Assembly: GCF_032444005.1 (NCBI RefSeq)
Contig: NC_091289.1
Location: 171,182,001-171,246,000 of the forward strand
DNA: 64,000 nucleotides
Direction of reading: 5' to 3'
Origin: Ranitomeya imitator
Taxonomy: Eukaryota
Shown: positions 23,231-35,730 of the stretch, piece after piece
How the letters are laid out: each line of letters starts with the position of its first letter
Position numbering within the stretch: the first letter of the stretch is position 1
Translations under genes and position numbers: made by a program
Notes under the pieces: generated by a model
What the model was told of the DNA's origin: nothing
Database searches by the model: none
What the model saw: only the letters and a program-made list of their open reading frames with translations

Positions 23231-24744
23231 CCCTTCCCGCCACGGCCCTTTTTCGTTTTTGCATATTCGTTTTTCGCTCCCCTCCTTCCCAGAGCCATAA
23301 CTTTTTTATTTTTCTGTCAATAAGGTCATGTGAGGGCTTATTTTTTGCGGGATAAGTTGTACTTCTGAACGACACCATTGGTTTTACCATGTCTTGTACT
23401 AGAAAACGGGAAAAAAATTCCAAGTGCGGTGAAATTGCAAAAAAGTGCAATCCCACACTTGTTTTTTGTTTGGCTTTTTTGCTAGGTTCACCAAATGCTA
23501 AAACTGACCTGTTATTATGATTCTCCAGGTCAAGACACCTAACATGTCTAGGTTATTTTTTATCTAAGTGGTGAAAAAAAAGTCAAAACTTTGCTTTAAA
23601 AAACCGCCATTTTCCGATACCCATAACGTCTCCATTTTTCGTGATCTGGGGTCAGGTGAGGGCTTATGTTTTGCGTGCCAAGCTGACATTTTTAATGATA
23701 CCACTTTTGTGCAGATACATTCTTTTGATCGCCCGTTATTGCATTTTAATGGAATGTCGCGGCGACCAAAAAAACGTAATTCTGGCGTTTCAAATTTTTT
23801 TCTCGCTATGCTGATTAGCGATCAGGTTAATGCTTTTTTTTTATTCATAGATCGGGTGATTCTGAACGCAGCGATACCAAATATGTGTAGGTTTGATTTT
23901 TTTTATTGTTTTATTTTGGATGGGGCGAAAGGGGGGTGATTTAAACTTTTATATTTTTTTTATTTTTTTCATATTTTTAAAAACATTTTTTTTTACTTTT
24001 GCCATGCTTCAATAGCCTCTGTGGAAGGCTAAAAGCTGGCATAGCCTGATCGGCTCTGCTACATAGCAGCGATCATCAGATCGCTGCTATGTAGCTGAAT
24101 TGCAGGCTTGCTATGAGCGCCGACCAAAAAAACACACACAAAATTTCAGCTCACCCTTCTTGAATGGTCTCCATAAGACATAATCAATCCGAGCACGGAA
24201 AGGGCTTCTGCCAAAGCTCTCCACTTGCTGTGGACTAAGAACACCTAGTGTTCGAAACGCATTCAGCGGTATCATGGTCGTCCTTCCGTTTTTTGGATAT
24301 TGTTGATTTTTGACATGCAGTGTTTCCTCTCTTTTTAAAAAATAACTTGGAATAAAATTTTGATTTTATATATTTTTATGAGCGCCGACCACAGGGTTCA
24401 CAGCAAGCCGGCATCAGTAACTATAGAGGTCTCAAGGACCTCTATGGTTACCATCCTGACGCATCGCCGACCCCCGATCATGGGACGGGGGTCGGCGATG
24501 CGCTCATTTCCTGCCGCGCGGCTGGAAGCGGTAGTTAAATGCTGCTGTCAGCGTTTGACAGCGGCATTTAACAGGTTAATAGCGGCGGGTGAATCTCGAT
24601 TTCACCCGCCGCTATTGCGCGCACATGTCAGCTGTACAAAACAGCTGACATGTCGCGACTTTGATTTGGGCTCAGCGCTGGAGCCCACATCAAAGGGGGA
24701 GACACGACATGCGCAGTACTAGTACGGCGGAGGTCGGGAAGGGG
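23231..24744. mobile_element. piggyBac-like non-autonomous element; a related fragment lies at about 10150-10790
   Basis: TTAA at 23227 and 24745; ends cccttcccg / cgggaagggg; no transposase ORF. Confidence 0.8.
24127..24376 (+). mobile_element. 250-bp retroposed insertion with a 15-bp target-site duplication and a degenerate hammerhead-like motif (24227-24267)
   Basis: tatgagcgccgacca at 24112-24126 and 24377-24391; GCTG-TGGACTA-A-GAACAC cta GTGTTC-GAAA-CGCA-TT-CAGC. Confidence 0.75.
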
Positions 24745-24976
24745 TTAAACATTAAGGTTCAAGGAGACCCCCTAAAAAGTAGCAACATCATGGAAGAGTT
24801 GTGGAGTCTCCTGGATGCCGCACAGACCTCCAACAACGTTTTCCTTGCCGTGAGGCTCAGATCCTACATGATCACACTCATCGCTGTGGACCATATTCAT
24901 ATTCAGGAGTGAAATAAGGGCATGAAAAGTGCGTGGTCTGTGAAAAAAGTGGCCTACCCTTTATACATCCACATTA

Positions 24977-25714
24977 GGCTGGTTTCACATTTGCGTTTTT
25001 TTTTTGTGTTTTTGCGGAAAAAAACGCAAAAAAAGCATGCGTTTTTCCCCCCTATATTTAACATTAAAAACGCATGCGTTTTTTTTGTATGCGTTTTGAT
25101 GCGTTTTTGCAACGCATGCGTTTTTTTCTGCATGTGTTGTGTTGCAGAAATGAAACATGTAGTATTTTTAGCGGCTTTTTTGCCGCCAAAAAACGCATGC
25201 GTTTTTTTGCGGTAAAAAATGCATTGCTGTCTATGTAAACGCATGCGTTTTTAACCACATGTGTTTGCATGCGTTAAAAACGCATGCATTTTAAAAAAAA
25301 ACAACAAAAAAAACACTAATAAACCACCCCACACCATAAAATTGATAAAGGGATCCTACCCCTAACCCTACCCCTACCACTAACCCTACCCCTACCCCTA
25401 ATCCCTTTAAGGGTAGGGTTAGGGTTACGATCCCTTTAGGGGTAGGGTTAGGGTTAGGATCCCTTTAGGGTTAGGGTTAGGATTACTTTATTTTGATGAT
25501 TGGCAGCTGTCACACATTTATCTGCATGCGTTTAAAAAACGCAAACGCATGAAAAAAACGCATGTAAACGCGTTAAAACGCCGAGTTTTTTTCACCACAT
25601 GCAAAAACGCATGCGTCAAAAAAACGTGGCGTTTGCACGCGTTTACATGCGTTTTTTCACCATGCGTTTTTTTTTTAAACGCATGCGTTTTAAAACGCAA
25701 GTGTGAAACCAGCC
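24977..25714 (+). mobile_element. Harbinger-like MITE carrying telomere-like repeats (copy A)
   Basis: TTA duplication; ends ggctggtttcac / gtgaaaccagcc; CCCTAA- and TTAGGG-like tracts at 25355-25481. Confidence 0.85.
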
Positions 25715-25729
25715 TTAGTGGTGACATAT

Positions 25730-26960
25730 TAGCTGAAGACGTTCATCATAGCGTCTTGTCTTCTCTTCTGGTATTCGATTCTTTATCAATATGGTCATGA
25801 TTGGTAGCAGTATAAAGTGGCCCTAAAAGAAATAAGGCCGTTCGGGTAGCTAACGTGGTTGTAATTAAGAAGACAGAGATGGTGAAGAACCGAAGCAGAT
25901 GGAATACATTGATATAACAGGGTTCATCTGTTGTCTAAATGGAACTTAAAGCTCCTTGTCAAAGGGACTATTCCGCTTCGGAGTGTATACAATCTGTAAT
26001 TGATGCGTTTTCCATGTGAATTCTGTTTCTTTGATCCTGGAAAGCAAGATACAGAAGTGAACAGAGCCAAATTCAGAATTTACACTGTGCCTTGGTCGCT
26101 GTCCATGACTCTGTAGGGGGCTTCTGTCCCAATACCCCCAAAAAAAGGTGTGACCCAAATGGAGCCACTGACTTTAATAAGTCTAAAGGAGTCCATCTTT
26201 ATAGCCTTTACTGTTATATCTAAGTAGACAGACGCTGATGGAAAAGAGGTAAAACGGAGTTCAAAGTTCTGAACAATGGCTCCAGCTGGGACTCGTCTTA
26301 ATCTTGTTTTTCGGATATTTACATAAGAGCCCCTGACACAATAATTAATAAAGGCCAAGACATGGTTTGATCCTTCTCTTACTCTGTCTTTTGTAAGAAA
26401 TATACCAGATTGGTAGTATCGCGATAGGCGGGCTGCACTTGCAGGAATGAAGAGATCTTGATAATAGAAATAAGGTTTTTATTACACCAACACATTTTGG
26501 TGCATTTCTCAAGGTAAAGGACATTATAAGGTTTCTTACTTTGAGAAAGGCTCTGGCCCGGCGCTGAAACACATTGATGTTAAAGGAACTTTATTTCTAC
26601 AACCAAAACTTCTGCAATCCCGCAAGAGCAGTCTGCCTATTGTGATACCCTCAATCTGATAAATTGCTATCTGGAAGATTATCCTCCAGCCAGGAAATGT
26701 AAGGATCTTTTAGGTGTTCTCCTTTGTTGCCTATGGTATTGCCCTATTTTGTGCGCTTTTGTCCCATCCAGATTTCTTCTGTAAGGAATGGGCACCATAC
26801 ATGTGATGGTTGTACAAATGGAAACAACACTCTACCACTTCAATGTACAGTAACCCCTTTAGGGTCCTGAATGGTGGGTAGGTTCTACGTTCATATTAAA
26901 TTAATCTCATGAGTATCTGGAATCTGCAACTATCTTGGCTCAATGCGAGCCTTTACCTTG
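25730..26960 (-). mobile_element. Old degenerate Penelope-like fragment
   Basis: Minus-strand remnants such as RDTTNLVYFL followed by a KRRIK-like segment resemble a GIY-YIG endonuclease; many frame breaks. Confidence 0.4.
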
Positions 26961-26980
26961 AGTTTGACTCATGACAGTTA

Positions 26981-28907
26981 GGCTGTGTGCCCACGTTGCA
27001 TTTTTTATGCATTTCTGCCGCAGCGGAAATGCATAATAATGCTTAAAAACCGCATTCCCATGCAATCCTATGGGACAGTTGCTGTGCCCATGCTGCGGAT
27101 ATTCAAGCTGCGGAATCGCTTAGCGGTAAAATCCGCAGTATGTTTATTATTTTTGCGGAATCGCGGTGATTCCGCATCCTTAGGATTGCATTGAAACACT
27201 CACTTTACGCATGTGGCTATGCCCACCATGCGTAAAGTGAGCACTTCATGTGCGGAGGGTACCCGGGTCTGGAGGAGAGGAGACTCTCCTCCAGGCCCTT
27301 GGAAACCATATTTCTGAAGAAAAAAAAATAATTAAAATAGGACTATCAGCTGTGTATCCACCAGACTTCTGCACAACACAACTGATGGTCCCAACCCCAT
27401 TTATAAGGCAAGAAATCCCACTTATTAAACCTGACAGGGCACACCTGTGAAGTGAAAAACATTTCCGGTGACTACCTCTTGAAGCTTATCAAGAGAATGC
27501 CAAGAGTGTGCAAAGCAGTCATCAAAGCAAAAGGTGGCTATTTTGAAGAACCTAGAATATAAGACATAATTTCAGTTTCACACTTTTTTGTTAGGTATAA
27601 AATTCCACATGTGTTAATTCATAGTTTTGATGCTTTCACTGTGAATGTACAATTTTCATAGTCATGAAAATACAGAAAAATCTTTAAATGAGAAGGTGTG
27701 TCCAAACTTTTGGTCTGTACTGTACTTACCTTCTGACGGCCCCCGGAGTCCTCCTGCCTCTCAGCGGTGCATGTGGCGGCTTCCGTTCCCAGGGATGTAT
27801 TGCGTGAATCTCCTGAGATGACGTCGCAGTCACACGACCATGACGTCACAAAGGTCTGCGCAAAGCATCCCTGGGAACGGAACGTACCGGGAGCGCCGCT
27901 GAGGAGATCGGGGCCGTCGAAAGGCGAGAATAACCATATTTTTTTATTTTTTTATTATTTCTAACATAGGCAGCATCAATAGTAAAAAGTTGGTCACACT
28001 TGTCAAGCACTATGCTTGACAAGTGTGACCAACCTGTCAATCACTTTTCCAAGCGATGCTTCAAATAGCTTGGAAAACGCAAGCCTTTTGCAAGCTAAAA
28101 ACGCTTGCAAAACGCATGCGAATTCCGCATGCGTTTTACCCACGGCATGGAGTTGTGGAAATGCTGCGGACATTTGGGATAGCTGACGCACCACTGCAAT
28201 ATGCAGATATATAGAGGGGGTGCTTCCCCTGACGAAGCTGTCCTAGAACAGCGACACGCGTTGGGCTTCTCCTCCGGTCGCATTTGCCCTGTGACTATTC
28301 AGCCTCACAGCCTCCTGCAGCAGGATTTATCCTATGGTGCTTTCTCCAGCACTACCTTCACCTTTTGACCACTCCTAGGATCAGACTATGCAGGGTGTTT
28401 CAGGGTATATATTTGGACATCCTCCCCTGTCCCTTTCTCTGGATATCTAGGGCAGTTTATTTTATCTGCTCCTCTGGGTCCATAGGGGTTTTTTGCTGGA
28501 AGCTGCATATTGTGGTGGGGTGTTGCATGCTATTTGCATGCTGTGTGGCTTGTATTATACTTGACTGTGTGCATAATTGTTGTTATATGGTTGTATACAG
28601 CGTGTTCATTCCAAATTTTGACTATATATAGTTACATTAATAATATTAAGTGCAGAGGGCAGGGACACGTCTGTAAGATTTCATACGTTTATATATCTAT
28701 GTATATTTTGGCATACAGTGTTCACAGGGGCATCTGCACGGAGGTTATGTGTGATTTTAGATGTTTTTAATTATGTTCCCAATAAAGCTTATATTATTTT
28801 TATCATAACTTTGGTGGTGTGCAGATATTTTGATGGCTCTTGTTTCTTGTGCTTTTGTCAATGCTGCGGACATTTCCGCAGCATTTCTGCAACGTGGGCA
28901 CATAGCC
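26981..28907. mobile_element. Harbinger-like MITE with nested Tc1 derivative (about 27340-27722) and a Penelope-type terminal repeat (about 28190-28820)
   Basis: Ends ggctgtgtgcccacgttgc / gcaacgtgggcacatagcc with TTA flanks; 27340-27722 matches end sequences of the Tc1 at 45641-47259. Confidence 0.75.
28226..28265 (+). ncRNA. Hammerhead-like motif with a damaged GAAA (GACA)
   Basis: CCC-CTGACGA-A-GCTGT cctaga ACAGC-GACA-CGCG-TT-GGG. Confidence 0.65.
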
Positions 28908-29362
28908 TTAAGGGCATGTGTCCCCAAAAATTGCATCCTCCACTATCAAGTTGATGAAACATGGCCACAGTTTTTTTTACATAATAAGCTTAATTGTCTT
29001 TTTCAGTAATTGAACGTTCTCATAATTTGCCTGTGGATGTGGTGTATCCATTCCTAAATAATCAGGTATGTCATTGAGGCACCTCTGTGATGCCTTGGCG
29101 AGACGTAGTATGGGTGACAGGTATACTTTTGTCTACTGATATATTGTATATCACAATAATACTTCTATTTTCTTTATACCCCCATCACTTTTTCATATAG
29201 CGCGTTTGGTAAAAGGAAACACCTAGCTTTTGCTGGCTGCCAACAAATATTTCCCCGAGGGGACAATCTCCATGAAGCAGGTTTGGCCACTTAAAAGAAA
29301 AAAAAATACTTTGTACAAGCTTTAAATTTCACAGTTCCTTGTTGGGTCCACTCATATTGGAG

Positions 29363-29705
29363 ATGTCTGCTCAGCTGTTAAAATGTGCGGTGCGGTGTGT
29401 GCAGAAGACTCTGGTGTTCTGCTATGTTTGTCTATACGTTGTTGTGGGTAAGACCCGCATGTTCCTGGCTCCGAAAACTATGGAAAGTATCCTGAAATCT
29501 CGCTTTGAGATGACTGGAGCCAACGTCTCAAAATTCCAGTATGAAGATTATGGACCGACGTTCTTCAGTTTTAAATTCTTGTGGTCGCTTCTCCAAATTA
29601 TGTGGCTTCGCTTGGAAGATGAAGCGTTTTTGGGCCAAGTTGCCCCGAATACACCAGTGGTGGACATGAATGGAGAACTACATCATATTTGGGATTATTT
29701 CCGAG
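29363..29705 (+). CDS. DIO1: Type I iodothyronine deiodinase exon 1
   Basis: MSAQLLK...YVVVGK...KSRFEMTG...FQYEDYGPTFF...WLRLEDEAFLGQVAPNTPVVDMNGELHHIWDYFR+G, then a GTAAG donor; 343 nt. Confidence 0.95.
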
Positions 29706-31227
29706 GTAAGAACACGACGCTGATATCTTCTTTCTTTAAAGACTGATGATAAATAGATGCCCCATAATGTAGTAAATATAGTTAAGGTAACACATGCTAT
29801 AAAGGTAATGAAACTAAAGATAATGACTTTTAAGAAAATATAATAAAAAGTTAAAATTCACTATTGTATTAGGTACGTTGGATGGATTTTAATTTTTTCA
29901 CGTGTCAAAGTAGCTCATAGGGTCAATTGCAAAATGTAATATTTAGTGTACTCCACTGAAAAAGTAAAAATTATTTCCATGGGTTTTTTTCAGTCCCATT
30001 TTTGGGGTTTTGTGTCCAATTTGCCACTTTCTCTGTTTTTTTTTGTGTTGTTCCAATGCACACAAAGGAAATAAATGTCTCTAACAAAACGTGTAATTTC
30101 AATAATTTTCTGGGAGAAATTCTTCATTTTCTGGAACAATTTCAATGGTGCCAACACCTTCAGCCATGACTGTATATGGCACTATACTAATATCATTCAC
30201 TTATAATTTATATTTCCCCAAAGTTTGTCTGATTTAGAAAAACTATTTTGAAATTCCGCTAGAGAATTCTGATTCATAAATAATGTTTTTTTCTTTGGAA
30301 CCCTCATCTACTGGGGGGAATGGAGAGTTGACATGTCTGTATGTTACATGGACAACCGCTGATTATTTTTCCTTTATGTGGCTCTGTGTGGGAATTGAAC
30401 ACTAAGACCCCGATTCATCAATTACAGTTTTTTTTAAGTCACTTTTCTTTTTCGTCTTGTGGCATCAGTTGCTGTTTTGGTGCCAAATACATCAAAATGG
30501 CGCAAGCGATTCATGAATTTGGCGCAAAGTAACAAAAAAAGGGCTTTATTCTTGTCTTGAACTGTTTGAGTCCAAATTTTCAAAAAATGCACAAAAATGC
30601 TGGCGTACTCAAAAATACACCGGGGGGGGGGGGGGGGGGTTATTTTTGCCATATTTTGTGAGTTTTTAAAAAGTCGCAGTTGATGAATCAGCCTATAACA
30701 ACTGGAATTGCTAAACTTCGCTCACAAGGTGGAAAACCACAGGATAAAAAAGGCCAAGCACATAGAAAATAGACTTAAAGAAAGGAGCAAAGGGAGTAAT
30801 GAAGTGGGTCCAAACAAAAAAAAAAAAACACACAAAACAGGCGCAAACAAAATGATGAATTGGGGCCTAAGGCCTCATTTATCAAAATCGTCTTAAAGAA
30901 AATCTGTCTTTGTAGCCCATAGCAACCAATCAGAGTTAAGCTTTCATTTTGTAAACTGTTCTGGTAACATGAAGCTGTGCTGTGATTGGTTGCTATGAGT
31001 AACAGACAATTTTTCATTAAACGGGTTTGATACGTGCCGAGTTCTTCCATACTGATCACTGTGGGTGAAGATTGCTGCATTGAGACCTCCTATAATCAGT
31101 TATGATCGGGGACATTTTAACAAAAAAAGATGATAACCCCTGTAAAGCCTTGACATTTTTCTTTATATTTCAGAGCTGGAGATGCTCTTTATGAGAATGT
31201 CATTATAATCGCCATGTGCTTGATATA

Positions 31228-32759
31228 CAGGTGCATCTCACAAAATTAGAATATCATCAAAAAGTTAATTTATTTCAGTTCTTCAATACAAAAAGTGAAA
31301 CTCATATATTATATAGAGTCATTACAAACAGAGTGATCTATTTCAATTGTTTATTTCTGTTAATGTTGATGATTATGGCTTAGAGCCAATGAAAACCCCA
31401 AAGTCATTGTCTCAGTAAATTAGAATACTTTATAACACCAGCTTTAAAAAATTATTTTAAAATCCGAAATGTTGTCCTACTGAAATGTATGTTCAGTAAA
31501 TCCACTCAATACTTGGTCGGGGCTCCTTTGGCATCAATTACTACATCAATGCGGCGTGGCATGGAGGCGATCAGCCTGTAGCACTGCTGAGGTGTTATGG
31601 AAGCCCAGGTTGCTTTGATAGCAGCCTTCAGCTCGTCTGCATTGTAGGGTCTGGTGTCTCTCAATACCCCATAGATTCTCTATTGGGTTAAGGTCAGGCG
31701 AGTTTGCTGCCAATCAAGCACAGTGTTACTGTTGTTTGTAAACCAGGTATTGGTACTTTTGGCAGTGTGGATAGGTGCCAAGTCCTGCTGGAGAAATAAA
31801 TTTCCATCTCCAAAAAGCTTGTCGGCAGAGGAAAGCATGAAGTGCTCTAACATTTCCTGGTAGACGGCTGCGCTGACTTTGGTCTTGATAAAACACAGTG
31901 GACCTACACCAGCAGATGACATGGCTCCCCAAACCATCACTGATTGTGGAAACTTCATACGAGACCTTAAGCAGCTTGGATTGTGGTCTCTCCACTCTTC
32001 CTCCGGACTTTGAGACTTTGAGTTCCAAGGTCTAGAGTGAAGTTTCCACAATCAATGATGGTTTCGGGAGCCATGTCATCTGCTGGTGTAGGTCCACTGT
32101 GTTTTATCAAGACCAAAGTCAGTGCAGCCTTCTACCAGGACATTATAGAGCACTTAATGTTTCCCTCTGTCGACAAGCTTTTTGGAGGTGGAAATTTCAT
32201 TCTCCAGCAGGACTTGGCACCTTTCCACACTGCCAAAAGTACCAATTCCGGGTTTAAAAACAACAGTATCACTGTGCTTGATTGGCCAGCAAACTCATTT
32301 AACCGTAACCCCATAGAGAATTTATGGGGTATTGTAAAGAGGAAGATGAGACACCAGACCCAACAATGCAGAAGAACTGAAAGCTGCTATTAAAGTAACC
32401 TGGGCTTCCATAACATCTCAGCAGTGCCACAGGCTGATCGCCTCCATGCCACGCCGCATTGATGCAGTAATTGATGCAAAAGGAGCCCCGACCAAGTATT
32501 GAGTGCATTTACTGAACATACATTTCAGTAGGCCAACATTTCGGATTTTAAAATAATTTTTCAAGCTGGTGTTATAAAGTATTCTAATTTACTGAGATAA
32601 TGACTTTTAGGTTTTCATTGGCTGTAAGTCATAATCATCAACATTAACAGAAATAAACACTTGAAATACATCTCTCTCTAATATACGAGTTTCACTTTTT
32701 TGCATTGAAGAGCTGAAATAAACATTTTGATGATATTCTAATTTTGTGAGATGCACCTG
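31228..32759. mobile_element. Tc1-derived palindromic element made of two inverted transposase 3' halves (DIO1 intron 1)
   Basis: TA flanks; ends caggtgcatctcacaaaattagaatatc at both sides; MKFPQS.MV.GAMSSAGVGPLCFIKTKV encoded on both strands, meeting near 32035. Confidence 0.9.
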
Positions 32760-33764
32760 TATGTTATGTAATGTTATAAGCTACAAGTTTTAGTAATTAT
32801 TGCCTGCAGCAAAAAAAAAGCTCAACACCCTGAGATATGTAGAAACTAGTTAGAGGGGTTCAACTAAAATTTCCCTTCAAAGAAATTCGATCCTGTTAAA
32901 GATTTCACACTGCCACCAACCCCATTGATCCTCACCATAAAGAAGATCCATTGCCCATTCTGCTCCATCACAGTGTTTACCCCAATGGACAAAGTGACTT
33001 TATTCTCTTAGTTCTTGTGGTCAACAGCGTTCCTAATGCTGGAGTCATTTTTAACATCATCTTTCACATACTGTAATTTCTATGTAATTTAAAGCTCGTT
33101 TTCCTAATAATAAAGTAATCTTATATAAAGACATAGATAGATACAGTATATAGATAACCATCAGATATTTTAAAAGCACTGTGGAGCTTATCTGGCAGCT
33201 TTTTAGGAAGAAATGTAAAAAAAATAATGTGAGGTCCCACTATTTTTAATAACCAGCTAAGGGGAAACAGACAGCTGTGAGCTGAACTTATTAGTCTGGG
33301 AAGGGGCCAGTATCCATGGAGCTTCCCAGCCTATTAATATCAGCCCACAGCTGTCTATTTAGCCTTTGCTGGTTATTACAAATAGGGCGGCCCCACATTT
33401 TTAGGGCACTCCCTGCAGCCAATCATTGAGCTCAGTGGCTCTGCCTGAGAGTATACAGCAGAAGCAACTGAACTCACTGATGGCCGCAGTACTGTTGATA
33501 TGATTTCAGCACTGAAGACAATAGCAGACACTTCTTTAAGTCTCTAAAAAAGGCAGACAAGATGTAATTGATGCAATCTAGTTTTAATTAGCAGTCATAT
33601 TAGTATTTTTCTAAAAACTACATAAAGCCTCCTAACAAATAACAAATATACTTGAATTTATTTTTGCATAAGAAAAATTACTAAACAAATAGAATGAGAG
33701 CGTTCAAGAGCTATAATATGTGAAAATATGTTTCTTATGTAATTTTATATATTTTTTTTCTCAG

Positions 33765-33908
33765 GTCAGCGTCCTTTGGTCCTCACATTTGGCAGCTGCA
33801 CATGACCGCCGTTCTTTTTCAGGCTTAGCGAGTACAATAAGCTTGTCCAGGATTTCTCCTCGGTGGCAGATTTTTTGATTATCTACATTGATGAAGCACA
33901 TGCAGAAG
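33765..33908 (+). CDS. DIO1: DIO1 exon 2 with the selenocysteine codon TGA at 33803-33805
   Basis: (G)[47 protein letters not shown]; canonical splice sites; phases fit both neighbours. Confidence 0.97.
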
Positions 33909-35006
33909 GTATGAGAATATTGGATTGTTTGTATGAATTGCCAAGGACCATTTTTGGGGAGACTGGCTTTACGTAAAAGATAAGCACACCTTCACCTTCA
34001 GGGTCATCTTTTCCTTAACGCATGTGTTTTGGGCTAAAAATCATTTTAGCAATTGGATTGTGTTAAAAATTTTGCAACGTTTGACTTTTACAGGCTGTTA
34101 GTTTCCCTGCGCATTGCTGGCTGCAGAGTGAGTTAACTCTGAGAATCCATATAATAAAACACAGTGTGAACATACCCTTATAGAAAACCTCCATGAGAAA
34201 AAGTGAACAAAAAACCTCCTGTAACTAAGTAAATAAAAAAAAACAAAAAGTGCATTTAAATAACACCGAGCTTTTAATAATACTGTTTTTGATAAAAAAA
34301 TAGCATAAAATCTATCCCACCACGACAAGGTAACTCTGATTGGAACAGTCCTACACTGTATAATATTAAAACCTTACCATGTGTCAATGTTGACCTCAGT
34401 GTGACTAAGGGCAGACAAAAAGGACCGGGCCCAACCGGTGAAACACCAGTCTGGGAAAGCCTTATATACAATCTTTAGGATCAGAAAAAAGAAGGCCACA
34501 CCCTGGCTTGCACAGAATGCAATTATACAAAGAAAAAACACAAAAATTGAGCTTCACTTGAGTTGGTACACTTGCAGCTCATAAGCGCATGTTCACATTG
34601 GCCATGAAACATATAAAACCTGCAAGAGACAAAGTGAGCAAAAAAAACCCTGCTGTAACTAAGTAAATAAAAAGCAAAAAGTGCATTTAAATAACAGAGT
34701 TTTTAGTAATACTGTTTTTGATCAAAAATAGCATAAAAGCCTCCCACCACGTCAAGGTAACTCTGATTGGGACGGTCATACACCCTTATAGAAATTGGAG
34801 ATTTTCTTTATTTTTTTGTTCTGCTACTTATTTTCACACACAAAGAAGCAACAGACCCAGTAAAGTGGAGGAGATTTATGTAAATCTAATGCACACTGTG
34901 CTGTTTTTTTTTTACACTGCATTAATTGACCTGTGATTTTGAAATTCACAGTATGTTAATTTTTCTTGTATGTTTTTGGGGGTTTTTTTTTCGGATTTTC
35001 CCCTAA

Positions 35007-35730
35007 AGGTACTGTCACACTAGACGATATCGCTAGCGATCCGTGACGTTGCAGCGTCCTCGCTAGCGATATCGTCCAGTGTGACAGGCAGCAGCGATCA
35101 GGCCCCTGCTGGGAGATCGCTGGTCGGGGAAGAAAGTCCAGAACTTTATTTGGTCACTGGACTCCCCGTAGACATCGCTGAATCGGCGTGTGTGACACCG
35201 ATTCAGCGATGTCTTTGCTGGTAACCAGGGTAAACATCGGGTAACTAAGCGCAGGGCCGCGCTTAGTAACCCGATGTTTACCCTGGTTACCATCCTAAAA
35301 GTAAAAAAACAAACACTACATACTTACCTACAGCCGTCTGTCCTCCAGCGCTGTGCTCTGCTCTCCTCCTGCACTGGCTGTGAGCGTCGGTCAGCCGGAA
35401 AGCAGAGCGGTGACGTCACCGCTCTGCTTTCTGGCTGCCCGGCGCTCACAGCCAGACCAGAGAAGCAGAGCGCCGAGGACAGTCAGCAGAAGGTAAGTAT
35501 GTAGCGTTTGTTTTTTTACTTTTTAGGATGGTAACCAGGGTAAACATCGGGTTACTAAGCGCGGCCCTGCGCTTAGTTACCCGATGTTTACCCTGGTTAC
35601 CGGGGACCTCGGGATCGTTGGTCGCTGGAGAGCGGTCTGTGTGACAGCTCTCCAGCGACCAAACAGCGACGCTGCAGCGATCCGGATCATTGTCGGTATC
35701 GCTGCAGCGTCGCTATGTGTGACGGTACCT
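35007..35730. mobile_element. MITE of the same family as 4135-4846
   Basis: Shared sequence (acgatatcgctagcgatccgtgacg; ggtaaccagggtaaacatcggg) and inverted ends. Confidence 0.85.

Noticed and set aside
25355-25481. True telomere or chromosome fusion site
   Set aside because: Short degenerate tracts lie inside a MITE present twice in the window, and gene order across the region is conserved.
28910-29362. Thyroid hormone response element or TATA box in the DIO1 promoter
   Set aside because: I could not find a convincing AGGTCA direct repeat or a canonical TATA box by eye; a matrix scan would be needed.
29339-29746. 135-aa ORF as a complete small gene starting at TTG
   Set aside because: It is DIO1 exon 1; the ATG at 29363 fits orthologues, and sequence after 29705 is intron.
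33803-33805. In-frame TGA suggesting a DIO1 pseudogene
   Set aside because: It occupies the known selenocysteine position and a SECIS is present in the 3' UTR.
34100-34800. Diverged direct repeat of about 200 bp with about 440-bp spacing in DIO1 intron 2
   Set aside because: Looks like decayed satellite or transposon subterminal sequence; no structure or motif I could support.
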